Assembly (NCBI GenBank): GCA_018818885.1
Contig: JAHIRB010000021.1
Coordinates: forward strand, 12,461 to 76,460
Reading direction: 5' to 3'
DNA length: 64,000 bases
From: Patescibacteria group bacterium
GTDB lineage: Bacteria; Patescibacteriota; Patescibacteriia; Buchananbacterales; SURF-54
Both the position numbers and the translations under genes were made by a program. Positions 9,107 to 18,302 of the stretch are shown here, piece after piece. The notes under the pieces were generated by a model, which had not been told where the DNA came from, did no database searches, and worked only from the letters and a program-made list of their open reading frames with translations. Numbering within the stretch: position 1 is the stretch's first letter; each line of letters starts with the position of its first letter.

Positions 9107-9352
9107 ATGGAAATAACTTTAGAAATTTTTTATTATGCTTACTTAGTGATGGTGGGAATTTCTTTTCTATTCAGTTTTGTAGTTGTTTGGCATCTACTTC
9201 GTTTTGGACATTTTAATATTTCCAGTATAGTTTTTGTTTGCGCTTACCTCGTAGTCGCCATTTCAATTTTAGGTTTTTCATGGCAAATAATTTCTAAAAT
9301 AAATTGGAATGAACCCATCCAAATTACAGGTGGCTTTCAATTAAATAAATAA
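9107..9352 (+). CDS. hypothetical small membrane protein (81 aa)
   Basis: Two hydrophobic helices; tightly followed by the next gene. Confidence 0.4.
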   Translation: MEITLEIFYYAYLVMVGISFLFSFVVVWHLLRFGHFNISSIVFVCAYLVVAISILGFSWQIISKINWNEPIQITGGFQLNK

Positions 9353-9354
9353 TT

Positions 9355-9918
9355 ATGCTAAATTTTTATATTTCACACAAAGAACCAAACGAAAAAATAA
9401 TAATGCTTCTACGTAGGCATTGGACTATCATGTTATTTAAAATACTCTTTTTTGGTCTTGCAGCAATCTTGCCTATAATTTTTTACTTCTTAGCTAATAA
9501 CTTTATACAGACAATAATCTCTCACAACTTTGGCAATGTTTTGTTTGTATTAATTACTAGCCTTTATTATCTTTATATCTGGTTGTTTATTTTTGCAGTT
9601 TTTGTAGATTACTATTTAGATGTTTGGATAGTTACCAATCATAGAATTTTAAATATCGAACAAAAAGGTTTATTCCATCGTGTTATTTCCGAACAAAAGC
9701 TTTACCGTATTCAAGATGTTACTTCCGAACTGAAAGGAATACTACCTACACTATTTAATTATGGAACAGTGCACATCCAAACTGCAGCAGAAAAATCAAG
9801 ATTTATTTTTAAACAAGTCCCAGACCCCCGCCATGTTTCTAAAAAAGTTATTATGATGTCAGAACAGAGCAAAAAATTTAAAAGGATCATGGAAGAAAAA
9901 GAAGAAATCACAACATAA
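9355..9918 (+). CDS. membrane protein with bacterial PH (bPH_2/YdbS-like) domain
   Basis: Two N-terminal TM helices followed by ...IVTNHRILNIEQKGLFHRVISEQKLYRIQDVTSELKGILPTLFNYGTVHIQTA..., a typical bPH_2 signature. Confidence 0.6.
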   Translation: MLNFYISHKEPNEKIIMLLRRHWTIMLFKILFFGLAAILPIIFYFLANNFIQTIISHNFGNVLFVLITSLYYLYIWLFIFAVFVDYYLDVWIVTNHRILNIEQKGLFHRVISEQKLYRIQDVTSELKGILPTLFNYGTVHIQTAAEKSRFIFKQVPDPRHVSKKVIMMSEQSKKFKRIMEEKEEITT

Positions 9919-9935
9919 ATTATTATCAAAAAAAA

Positions 9936-9975
9936 TATGGCCTCTAAGGGTCATATTTTTGTTTTTGTTTTTGTA
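9936..9975 (+). terminator. rho-independent terminator (hairpin with GU wobble plus repeated T5G tracts)
   Basis: atatggcctctaagggtcatat followed by ttttgtttttgtttttg. Confidence 0.5.
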
Positions 9976-10151
9976 AAGAATTTCAGATCGAAAACAAGAA
10001 AAACATGAGTATTGGAAAGAGCTACCAGTTTATCCTCTCACCTTTTTCATCAAAATTGAAATTTTATTCAAGAAAAAGGGTGAGGGGATAATTCAGCAAA
10101 ATTTTAATCAAAATAATTTTTATTTTGATTAATCTTTCTACCAACTATTGA

Positions 10152-10451
10152 TTATTTGCCTATATAGGCACTAACATCTGTTTCTTGTGCGATGTATTGT
10201 CCTGGCATCCAGCCAACTTTTTCTTCTACCGATGCCATAACCGTATTACGTACAATCTTTTGTTCAATTGCTCCAGAGGCAAAGCGTAGACAAAACGCTG
10301 CACCTAAAACAATCAAAAAAGCGCTAACAATACTCACAAACATCCCCTTAGCAAGGATTTTTTCTGTCAACGCACTAAAGAATCGTGTTTTTGGTTGTAC
10401 CGGTGGACATAAAAGCGATAGGATTTCATGCCCTGGTTGTGGTTCTGGCAT
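10152..10451 (-). CDS. hypothetical membrane protein (99 aa) in GC-rich block
   Basis: Preferred over the overlapping plus-strand ORF 10192-10497 because it has a clean TM helix (FVSIVSAFLIVLGAAFCL) and less junk-like composition. Still weak. Confidence 0.3.
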   Translation of the reverse strand: MPEPQPGHEILSLLCPPVQPKTRFFSALTEKILAKGMFVSIVSAFLIVLGAAFCLRFASGAIEQKIVRNTVMASVEEKVGWMPGQYIAQETDVSAYIGK

Positions 10452-10545
10452 AGTTTTGTTTTGTTTTTTGTTTTTGCTTCGATATTGCTTCAGATGAACT
10501 CTGAGCTTCGAAGAGTTTTACTCCCCGCTTAGTATCTAGGAGGAG

Positions 10546-10580
10546 ATTTTTCAAAATAAAAGACCCTTTTGTGGGGGTCT
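10546..10580 (-). terminator. rho-independent terminator for the minus-strand gene 10759-11220
   Basis: Minus-strand reading agacccccacaaaagggtct followed by tttattttg. Confidence 0.5.
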
Positions 10581-10758
10581 ATATATATCTTATCATACCT
10601 TATAAAAAAAGTCAACCCTTCTTTATCAACAGTTCATATATCAAGGTTGACCTTGAGTAAATCGAATGGGTCAAGCAATTCTTATCAACATGTAAAAAAA
10701 GGAGGCCGCTGACAAAAATGTCAACGGCCCGACAAAGCTATGCTTGTAATGATGGTGT

Positions 10759-11220
10759 TCACGCACAACGCGCAAGAATCTGAAACGATTGAGAGTTGAT
10801 TCTGCTTCGGCGCGGAAACGTGTGGAGAAACGGCTCGCTATCTTTCGATATATGGATAGCTATGCAATGTTCCTCTCCTAGGTGGGACACGGTCGCCCCC
10901 GGCACAATAACCAGAAGCGGAAAATGCGGTTCGAGCTTCATGAGTGTAATCACGTCGCTGATGTGGGGGAGCTTTTTCCCATTCGAAAGGAGAAGATCGT
11001 CAACTTCTCCGATGACCATACCTTCCGAATGCTGTAAAAGCTGACACATCCCTTCCGAGCCCGTAACGTGACTTACAATTTTTGTGAGATCCAGATTTTG
11101 GTCATGCCCGATCATACATTCTTTGATGAGTTCGGGAATCGACTGACCAGTTGTCTCGACGGGAAACTGTGTTTGAGTCGGATCTTGATAGCTGCACAAC
11201 ACTTTTAATTGTCCGCTCAT
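10759..11220 (-). CDS. hypothetical protein (153 aa), GC-rich (~48%) gene
   Basis: Long ORF with non-repetitive composition and a terminator downstream. No family recognised from memory. Confidence 0.45.
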   Translation of the reverse strand: MSGQLKVLCSYQDPTQTQFPVETTGQSIPELIKECMIGHDQNLDLTKIVSHVTGSEGMCQLLQHSEGMVIGEVDDLLLSNGKKLPHISDVITLMKLEPHFPLLVIVPGATVSHLGEEHCIAIHISKDSEPFLHTFPRRSRINSQSFQILARCA

Positions 11221-11335
11221 TTTTCCTTTTCCTCCATTTCAAAACCTTTGTTATCCCCTCCATTCGCGCACCTAGCTTTATATCATATAAAATTTATTTT
11301 GTCAATCCCCGCCTTTTAATGTTATCATTTTATAT

Positions 11336-12769
11336 ATGACTGTGACAACAAAAATAGCTCAAAACACTGTTGTCCAAATTATTGGACGTGGTATTGCTGT
11401 TGGAATTGCACTAATTACTTTAGCGATAACCACCCGTTATCTTGGCACAGATGGCTATGGAGCTTACATTACCATAATTGCTTTTATACAAATTTTTAGT
11501 ATTTTGGCAGATTTAGGAATTCAGATGACTTCGGTTCAATCAATTTCGGAAAGTGGTGTAGATGAATCAAAAATTTTAAGTAACATTTTTAGCCTTCGTG
11601 TTTTTACTGCCTCTATTGCCTTGATCCTCACGCCAATTATTATCTTTTTATTTCCATATCCAATAATGATAAAAATTGGTGTACTTATCGCTGCTATTGC
11701 TTTTTTTATTGCCGGACTTTCTTCGGTGTTCACTGGCGTCTTTCTAAAAAAATTATTAATGGGTCGATTTACCCTTACCGATATTGTACAAAAAGTAATT
11801 ACGTTAATCGTTGTTATTTTGGCTGTCTATTTTAATCTTGGTCTTTATGGAATACTGCTAGCCTTAATTATCGCTAATTTATTTCAATTCTTACTACTCT
11901 TTAGCTTTTCACAAAAATTAATTAAGATTACCTGGCAAATAGATTTTTTAATTTGGAAAAAAATTCTTTCTAAAAGTTTGCCAATTGTTACAACTATTGC
12001 TTTAAACCTTTTATACTTTAAGGGTGATACCGTTATACTTTCTTTATTTAGAAGCCAGCAAGAAGTCGGTCTTTATGGCGCACCATACAGAGTACTGGAA
12101 GTTCTTATTAATTTAATATATCTCTTTTTAGGACTGCTACTTCCCTTAATGACTTTGTACTACACAAATAAAAATTGGGAAGCATTAAAAAAAATTATAC
12201 AACTTGGCTACGATATCATTACCTTAATTTCTTTTCCTCTAATTGTTGGGGGGTTATTTGTTGGTCCTAAATTAATGTCGTTTATTGCTGGAGAAAATTA
12301 TTTAATTTCTGGCCACATATTAAAAATATTAATTCCTGCAACAATAGCAATATTTTTTGCAGCCATCTTTGGATATCTTATTGTTGCTGCTAACCAGCAA
12401 AAAAGGGTGATTAAATTTTATGTAGCAAATGCTATAATTTCTTTAACACTATATTTAATTTTTATTCCTAAGTACGGATATTGGGCTGCTGCTATTATCA
12501 CTGTATTTTCTGAATTGTTTATATTATTTTCTGCTATTTATGTTGCGCAAAAAATTTATAGATTTAAAGCTGATTTGTCTTTAACCAAAAAATCTTTTCT
12601 GGCATCAATGGCCATGGCAATTGCTTTATATTTTGTTGTAGACCTGCACGTTTTGTTTTCCATGTCTATTGGCGCCTCAGTATATCTAGTAATTTTATAT
12701 CTACTCAAAGGATTTTCTAAAGAAATGATAAAAGAAATAATGAGCTTTAAAAAAACGCCTACTAACTAA
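11336..12769 (+). CDS. oligosaccharide/polysaccharide flippase (Wzx-like, MOP superfamily)
   Basis: 477 aa with ~12-14 TM helices; N-terminus ...QNTVVQIIGRGIAVGIALITLAITTRYLGTDGYGAY... is typical of PF01943 polysaccharide biosynthesis proteins. Confidence 0.75.
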   Translation: MTVTTKIAQNTVVQIIGRGIAVGIALITLAITTRYLGTDGYGAYITIIAFIQIFSILADLGIQMTSVQSISESGVDESKILSNIFSLRVFTASIALILTPIIIFLFPYPIMIKIGVLIAAIAFFIAGLSSVFTGVFLKKLLMGRFTLTDIVQKVITLIVVILAVYFNLGLYGILLALIIANLFQFLLLFSFSQKLIKITWQIDFLIWKKILSKSLPIVTTIALNLLYFKGDTVILSLFRSQQEVGLYGAPYRVLEVLINLIYLFLGLLLPLMTLYYTNKNWEALKKIIQLGYDIITLISFPLIVGGLFVGPKLMSFIAGENYLISGHILKILIPATIAIFFAAIFGYLIVAANQQKRVIKFYVANAIISLTLYLIFIPKYGYWAAAIITVFSELFILFSAIYVAQKIYRFKADLSLTKKSFLASMAMAIALYFVVDLHVLFSMSIGASVYLVILYLLKGFSKEMIKEIMSFKKTPTN

Positions 12770-12771
12770 TT

Positions 12772-14082
12772 ATGTTTATTTTTGATTTCCCGTGGGAAAT
12801 TCAACATTTTTTTACTGACTTCTGGCTTGCAGTAAATATTACCTTACTGCTCATTTTGGGTGTATTAGTTTATTTAGCCTTAAAAAAACCAGTTTGGGCA
12901 AATTTTTTAGTAATTATACTACTTCCAACTTACTTGTTTAGAAGTAATATATTTTGGCTACCTTTAACGTATTTAGAAATTTGTATTTGGATAGTTTTTG
13001 TTGCCTTAATTGTGAGAATGATTATTAATAAAGAAAAGGTAAAAACTCATTTTCAATATCCTTACAAATGGCCTATTTTAATAATTTTGCTTAGTGCTAC
13101 CATTTCAGTTTTTATTTCAACTAACTTAACTGCTGCAGCTGGGCTTTGGAAAGCTTATTTTGTTGAAAGCTTAATGTTTTTTATTGTGTTGATTAATACT
13201 GTGAAATCAAAAAAAGACCGAGACATTATTCTTTGGGCTTTAGGTATTTCTACGTTGAGCATATCATTACTGGCAATCTACCAAAAATTTACAGCTTTTG
13301 GCATTGCAGAAAGCGCGTGGGTGGCGCCAGACATCAGGCGAGTTAATGCTATGTTTACTTCTCCCAATTCAGTTGCCTTATATCTTGTTCCGATTATGAT
13401 GATTTATATTGGCTGGATGCTTGATGATATTAAGAATAAACTTTTTGATTTTGGATTTATTTCTAAACTACTGATCTTTATCCTTTCCTGTTTAGCGGTG
13501 GTTTATACTGTATCACAAGGTGCGTGGCTAGCATTAGCTGCTGCTTTGTTTTTTTTCTTATTCTTTACTGTATCAAAAAAATGGACAACAGCAATAGTTA
13601 TAAGTTTAGTTATTTTGACATTACTGATACCGCAAACTAAAAATCTCATAATCTCAGTTGGCATTGAAAGCCCCTCAGCACAAAATCGTTTTGTTTTGTG
13701 GCAAGGCTCACTTGATTATTTAACAAGTAGTGCAAAAAACTTTATCTTTGGTGCCGGACTATTTGGTTTTTCTGATATTCTTGATACATTTCGCGATCCA
13801 CTTAAAATGGAACCACTAATATACCCACATAATATTATTTTAAATTTTTGGATGGAGATTGGTTTGCTGGGGTTAATTGGCTTTGTTTGGTTGATATTTG
13901 ACTTTTTCGAAAAAGGATTTAAAAAACTTATCGTTGGCGACTTTGGCCAAAGTCGCCTACTGTTAATCGGAATCCTCGCTGCCATGATTACGATTCTTAT
14001 TCATGGACTTATTGATGTGCCTTACTTTAAAAATGACCTATCGGTTTTATTTTGGATAATTGCAGGCTTGGCAATACTGTAA
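12772..14082 (+). CDS. O-antigen ligase/Wzy_C-family membrane protein (possible polymerase, ligase or PglL-like O-oligosaccharyltransferase)
   Basis: 436 aa polytopic protein with a large periplasmic loop region ...SQGAWLALAAALFFFLF... typical of the O-antigen ligase domain; 3 nt from the flippase gene. Confidence 0.6.
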   Translation: MFIFDFPWEIQHFFTDFWLAVNITLLLILGVLVYLALKKPVWANFLVIILLPTYLFRSNIFWLPLTYLEICIWIVFVALIVRMIINKEKVKTHFQYPYKWPILIILLSATISVFISTNLTAAAGLWKAYFVESLMFFIVLINTVKSKKDRDIILWALGISTLSISLLAIYQKFTAFGIAESAWVAPDIRRVNAMFTSPNSVALYLVPIMMIYIGWMLDDIKNKLFDFGFISKLLIFILSCLAVVYTVSQGAWLALAAALFFFLFFTVSKKWTTAIVISLVILTLLIPQTKNLIISVGIESPSAQNRFVLWQGSLDYLTSSAKNFIFGAGLFGFSDILDTFRDPLKMEPLIYPHNIILNFWMEIGLLGLIGFVWLIFDFFEKGFKKLIVGDFGQSRLLLIGILAAMITILIHGLIDVPYFKNDLSVLFWIIAGLAIL

Positions 14083-14134
14083 TATTTTTATATAATAACT
14101 TTACACATAATTGAAAAAGATAAGGAGGGAAACA

Positions 14135-14314
14135 ATGTCATATTTTTTATTCCTGTCAAAATACGGAAAAGATCCAAGGCAATTTTTTACGATTGTGGAG
14201 GTCAACAGATTTGTAGAAAATGCAACCGGATGCAAACTAATAATTCGTCGATGTGAGATCAATAAAAAAGCCGTTGATCCAAACAAAATCATTGATGAAG
14301 CGCTAAAAGAATAA
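14135..14314 (+). CDS. hypothetical small protein (59 aa)
   Basis: SD AAGGAGGG 6 nt upstream of the ATG at 14135; the ORF-track start at 14111 lies upstream of the SD. Confidence 0.4.
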   Translation: MSYFLFLSKYGKDPRQFFTIVEVNRFVENATGCKLIIRRCEINKKAVDPNKIIDEALKE

Positions 14315-14394
14315 CTACCCACCAAAAAACCATTGTTTCACTTTCCAACTTGCCGGGGCATCGCGTCTCGGCTTTTTCATATTTCAACAATTTA

Positions 14395-14437
14395 AAAAGC
14401 AGGTCGGGGCCAGGCCCCGACCTACAAATTTTTTTTG
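14395..14437. terminator. bidirectional rho-independent terminator between convergent genes
   Basis: Perfect 11-bp GC stem aggtcggggcc/ggccccgacct with T tracts on both sides (acaaattttttttg on plus, gctttttaaa on minus). Confidence 0.7.
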
Positions 14438-14444
14438 ACTTTAT

Positions 14445-15119
14445 CTATTTTCTTGAAACTTTATCCAAAAGTTCTCTTGCTTTTTCTTTACCACCCAATC
14501 CAAAAGCTAAACCACCTGCCAAAGCAAGCATAGCTACTAAACCAGTAAACAACGTTTGGATCATGCTTGCTGCAACACGGAGTTGCACTAACGCTGCCAT
14601 CAAAGAAAAAATCAAAATTGACCACTTCCCAAGTGCAGCTAAAAAATGAGCTGAGGCTATGTTAGCAGCTCCTGCTGATTGCTGAATTGCAGACTTAACA
14701 AAATTGCCAACAATTATTCCAATAACCATTATCACTACTGCAATAATAACATTAGGAATGTAGGCAACAACTTTATTAAGAAACTGCGAGATCTGTCCTA
14801 AATGCAAAATTTCTGCAGAAGCTACCAAAAAAACTGCAATCAAAAACCACATTGTTAAAAGCCCCAAAAGTTTACTGATACCCATTCTAAAGCCAACTTT
14901 ATCCAATACTTTTAGTACTCCTGCTTTTTCTAGCATCTTATCTAAGTACAGTTTTTCCAATAACTTTGTGATTAATCGACCCAAAGCTTCGGCGATAAAC
15001 AAACCAACGATAAATACCGCCAATGCAACTACTATTTCTGGAATAATATTGACAAATTTTAACCACAAACCCTGAAAAGAACCTGTAATTACAGCTGTCC
15101 AGCTTGATAAATTTGACAT
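14445..15119 (-). CDS. membrane protein with conserved TM-helix repeats (MscS N-terminal-like / PF05552-like)
   Basis: 224 aa with repeated amphipathic/hydrophobic helices (…IIAVVIMVIGIIVGNFVKSAIQQS…). Family assignment is tentative. Confidence 0.5.
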   Translation of the reverse strand: MSNLSSWTAVITGSFQGLWLKFVNIIPEIVVALAVFIVGLFIAEALGRLITKLLEKLYLDKMLEKAGVLKVLDKVGFRMGISKLLGLLTMWFLIAVFLVASAEILHLGQISQFLNKVVAYIPNVIIAVVIMVIGIIVGNFVKSAIQQSAGAANIASAHFLAALGKWSILIFSLMAALVQLRVAASMIQTLFTGLVAMLALAGGLAFGLGGKEKARELLDKVSRK

Positions 15120-15338
15120 AATTTCCCCTTTCTATAATTAACGAAATGTTATTTTTCGTTTATTTAATTTTTAAAATATGATAACTTGTATTATGCACAT
15201 ATCATTTATAATTATAGCAGATATCAACCCTTTACCCCATCCCCCTTAAGACTTTTGACTACGACAACTGACTTGTTTAGATAAAGAGGGAGGGGTTTAC
15301 AAAACTAAAAAAATGTGCTACAATTACTATGTTAAATT

Positions 15339-17582
15339 ATGACATTTCTATTTAACAAACAAAAAACAAAAACAAAACATACAGCACAAATTATCGCTTT
15401 GAGCATAATTTGTTTTTTATTACTTTCTCCCCTAGCTTCCTTACAAGCTAGGGTTTTTGAACCAGAAAATATCTTAACTGATTCTGAATTATTCGATAAG
15501 GATTCTTTAAGCAAAGCTGCTATTCAAAACTTTTTAGAGCAGAAAGATTCCGTACTAGCTCGATATTCGCAAGTGGTAGAAGGTACACCAATGACAGCTA
15601 CAGAAATTATATATGATGTGGCACAAATGCATTCAATTAATCCAAAGTTCTTATTGACAACTCTAGAAAAGGAACAAGGACTTTTACATAAAAGTCATGC
15701 TACAGAAGATGAACTTGCTTGGGCTATGGGCTATGGCTGCTATGGTGGGCAATGCAACAGTAAATACGAAGGCTTTTACGATCAAGTGGAATCTTCTGCT
15801 GTTACGCAAAATATTTATGTTGACCGCAAATCTACTTTTAGTTTTCAGGTAGGAAAAATGACAGTTACTTTTGATGACTACCACTTAGTTCCAAAAAATC
15901 AAGCAACTGCTAATCTTTTTATCTATACTCCTTATGTTGGCTTCTCACCCGAGCTTGGGGTGACTAAGCCTTATGGTGGCAATCGACTTTTTTGGATAAT
16001 TTGGAATCGATACTTTACTAAAAAATATTATCCAGATGGTTTTGTAATAAAAAATTCTGGCAATTATTATTTGATTGAAAATAATAAAAAAAGAAAATTT
16101 GCTTCCAGCTCATTATTTCTAAAAGATTATTCAGAAAACAATGCTCATCAAGTTACAAACGACATCGCAAACGCATACGAAGACGGCGCACCAATTGAGT
16201 TTAGTAAAAATACCTTAGTTAAACACCCAACTTCTGGACAAATCTTTTTACTAGCAGATTATGATACCAAAAGACCTATATTAGACAACAACGCTTTAGC
16301 TTTACTGGGAAATGTGTACATAGCTGTTACTGCAGGTCAAATACCAACAGTTACCGCTAATAAGCTAATACCCTACAATTTAGGTGATTCAATATCTTCT
16401 ACTTCTGCCTACCCTCAAGGAAAATTATTCAAAATTGAAAATGGTCAAATATATTTAGTTCAAGATGGCATAAAACATTTAGTTGATCCTGTGGTATGGC
16501 GAGAAAAATATAACAACCAAACACCTCAAAATACAACTGCAGCTGCCTTGGAAGGTTTATTGGATGGTTCTATGGATAGATTAGATGATGGCAGTTTTGT
16601 AAAAAGTAGCAGTGGAAGATATTATGTAATTGCAACTGGGGGTGAGCGAATGCGTATTCAAACAACTGAAATATTTAGCAGAACTTTTGGGTTAGATAAA
16701 TTATCTACTGCGATTGTTGTCTCCGACGAGCTTTTAGAAGCCCACCCAGCTGGTGAAACAATAGAATATATTGATGACACAATTAAAGATCCTATAACTC
16801 CGACTGCTCCAAGTTCAAACACAACATCTCCAAGCGGATCATATACTGCCCTATTCTTAAATACTCAACCACAAAACATAGAGTTGATAGATGGTGAACA
16901 AAAAACCGTATCAATACAATTTAAAAATATTGGTGGTGCTACCTGGCAACCAGAAACTGTTTATCTAAAGGTTTTTGATCAAAACGGGGAGGCTATCTAT
17001 ACTCAAGGACAAAAATTTCCTTTGGCAGAAAGTAGAATAAATAATGGTGAAACAGGCACTTTCTATCCCTTGCTAACTGCACCATCAACAGCTGGCTTAT
17101 TACAAATACAATTTAAACTTTTTTATCTAAAAAATGGTGTTGAAACTCAAATTACCTCTGGCACACAAGGAAAATTTATCTTTGTTGAAGGTGGAGAAAC
17201 TTCCCAAGTACTAAGTCACAACTACCCAATAGCTGTAAGAAATGACTGGGGAGTTCAAAATATCGAAATCAGACTAAAAAACACCAGCAAAGATACTACC
17301 TGGACTTCTAAATACACCAAACTAAAAATAACCAATGAAGACGGCAGCCAAAGCAGTTTTTACGATCCAAACGACTGGCTAGACGAAACTGTAGCTGCAA
17401 TACCAATCAATGCCAGATCTATAGCACCAGGCGAAGAAGCAGTTTTTAAATTTACTTTAAAGGTGAGAGGCGTTGATCCAAAAGTATATGGCCACAGAAT
17501 GGTACTAGAACTAACAGATCTCGATAAAACTGTACTGCTAAGCGGCAGATCTGCTTGGGTTCGTTTAATGCGTGTAGATTAA
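15339..17582 (+). CDS. large secreted protein (747 aa); N-terminal domain with lytic-transglycosylase/cell-wall-hydrolase-like flavour, C-terminal beta-rich repeats
   Basis: Signal peptide (IIALSIICFLLLSPLASLQA). Segment ...TATEIIYDVAQMHSINPKFLLTTLEKEQGLL... resembles SLT/glucosaminidase cores. The functional call is low confidence. Confidence 0.6.
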   Translation: MTFLFNKQKTKTKHTAQIIALSIICFLLLSPLASLQARVFEPENILTDSELFDKDSLSKAAIQNFLEQKDSVLARYSQVVEGTPMTATEIIYDVAQMHSINPKFLLTTLEKEQGLLHKSHATEDELAWAMGYGCYGGQCNSKYEGFYDQVESSAVTQNIYVDRKSTFSFQVGKMTVTFDDYHLVPKNQATANLFIYTPYVGFSPELGVTKPYGGNRLFWIIWNRYFTKKYYPDGFVIKNSGNYYLIENNKKRKFASSSLFLKDYSENNAHQVTNDIANAYEDGAPIEFSKNTLVKHPTSGQIFLLADYDTKRPILDNNALALLGNVYIAVTAGQIPTVTANKLIPYNLGDSISSTSAYPQGKLFKIENGQIYLVQDGIKHLVDPVVWREKYNNQTPQNTTAAALEGLLDGSMDRLDDGSFVKSSSGRYYVIATGGERMRIQTTEIFSRTFGLDKLSTAIVVSDELLEAHPAGETIEYIDDTIKDPITPTAPSSNTTSPSGSYTALFLNTQPQNIELIDGEQKTVSIQFKNIGGATWQPETVYLKVFDQNGEAIYTQGQKFPLAESRINNGETGTFYPLLTAPSTAGLLQIQFKLFYLKNGVETQITSGTQGKFIFVEGGETSQVLSHNYPIAVRNDWGVQNIEIRLKNTSKDTTWTSKYTKLKITNEDGSQSSFYDPNDWLDETVAAIPINARSIAPGEEAVFKFTLKVRGVDPKVYGHRMVLELTDLDKTVLLSGRSAWVRLMRVD

Positions 17583-17671
17583 TACAATTTTTACTATTGA
17601 GTTCTCCGCCTGAGGCGGATCCGCCTTCGGCGGAAAATCCCATCTACCACCCCTTTTTTAAACAAAAAAAA

Positions 17672-17701
17672 TTCTACTTTAATTGTAGAATTTTTTGTTT
17701 T
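17672..17701 (+). terminator. rho-independent terminator
   Basis: ttctac-tttaatt-gtagaa followed by ttttttgtttt. Confidence 0.5.
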
Positions 17702-17771
17702 AGAGATGTTGAGTCCGAGGAGCGCAAAACGCGTGCGCCCCTCGGTGTGAAAATAATAGCTACGATAAATC

Positions 17772-17999
17772 TCATTTTTTTCGAGGATTATACCTATATG
17801 CAAGCACGACTCCGCACAGCGGACATTTCATATACCATCTGGTGCCACTCTGTTTGTAAGAAGCTAACTCTTCGTTGAGAGGAAAATCACAATCTCTACA
17901 CTCAGGTTTTTTGAATGTCCCCCTAAACTTATCGGCTACATCTTCTGGTAGATCACCAAAATCATATTGCTTTTTTTTCACTTGTGTTGAAGAACTCAT
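17772..17999 (-). CDS. small zinc-ribbon protein (75 aa; CxxC...CxxC)
   Basis: CRDC....CPLC pairs; an isolated ORF. Confidence 0.45.
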   Translation of the reverse strand: MSSSTQVKKKQYDFGDLPEDVADKFRGTFKKPECRDCDFPLNEELASYKQSGTRWYMKCPLCGVVLAYRYNPRKK

Positions 18000-18302
18000 A
18001 CCTTGCCCCCTTTGTATTGTTTTTCACAACGTGTGGGTATGACTAATAATATTTCAATCCCGACGTTGATTCACGTCAATGACATTTAAGCAAATGGTTA
18101 CTCATTTGTCAAGGCTTGTGCAATAAAATATAATCTCAATTCCTTTATAATTTTATCAATCTTAGTTCTAACATCGCCCGCCACGCCGAAGACGAAGCCC
18201 AAAGGCGAGTCGAGGCGAGTCCCTACTACCACCCACCAAACACTTCGTATAATGAAGTGTTTTTTGTTTACATTGAGTTTAACGAAATGCTATTATTACT
18301 AC

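Noticed and set aside
10192-10497. Plus-strand 101-aa ORF in the GC-rich block
   Set aside because: It overlaps the minus-strand ORF 10152-10451 almost completely. Its translation is Cys/Arg/Gly-rich junk-like, and no SD or signal is visible.
15332-15884. Minus-strand ORFs 15332-15514 and 15684-15884
   Set aside because: They overlap the start and body of the 747-aa secreted protein gene on the opposite strand; no signals.
17555-17878. Overlapping ORFs 17452-17643, 17555-17878 and 17594-17803
   Set aside because: They span the intergenic hairpin/terminator region and have low-complexity translations. Only the zinc-ribbon ORF 17772-17999 was kept, at low confidence.
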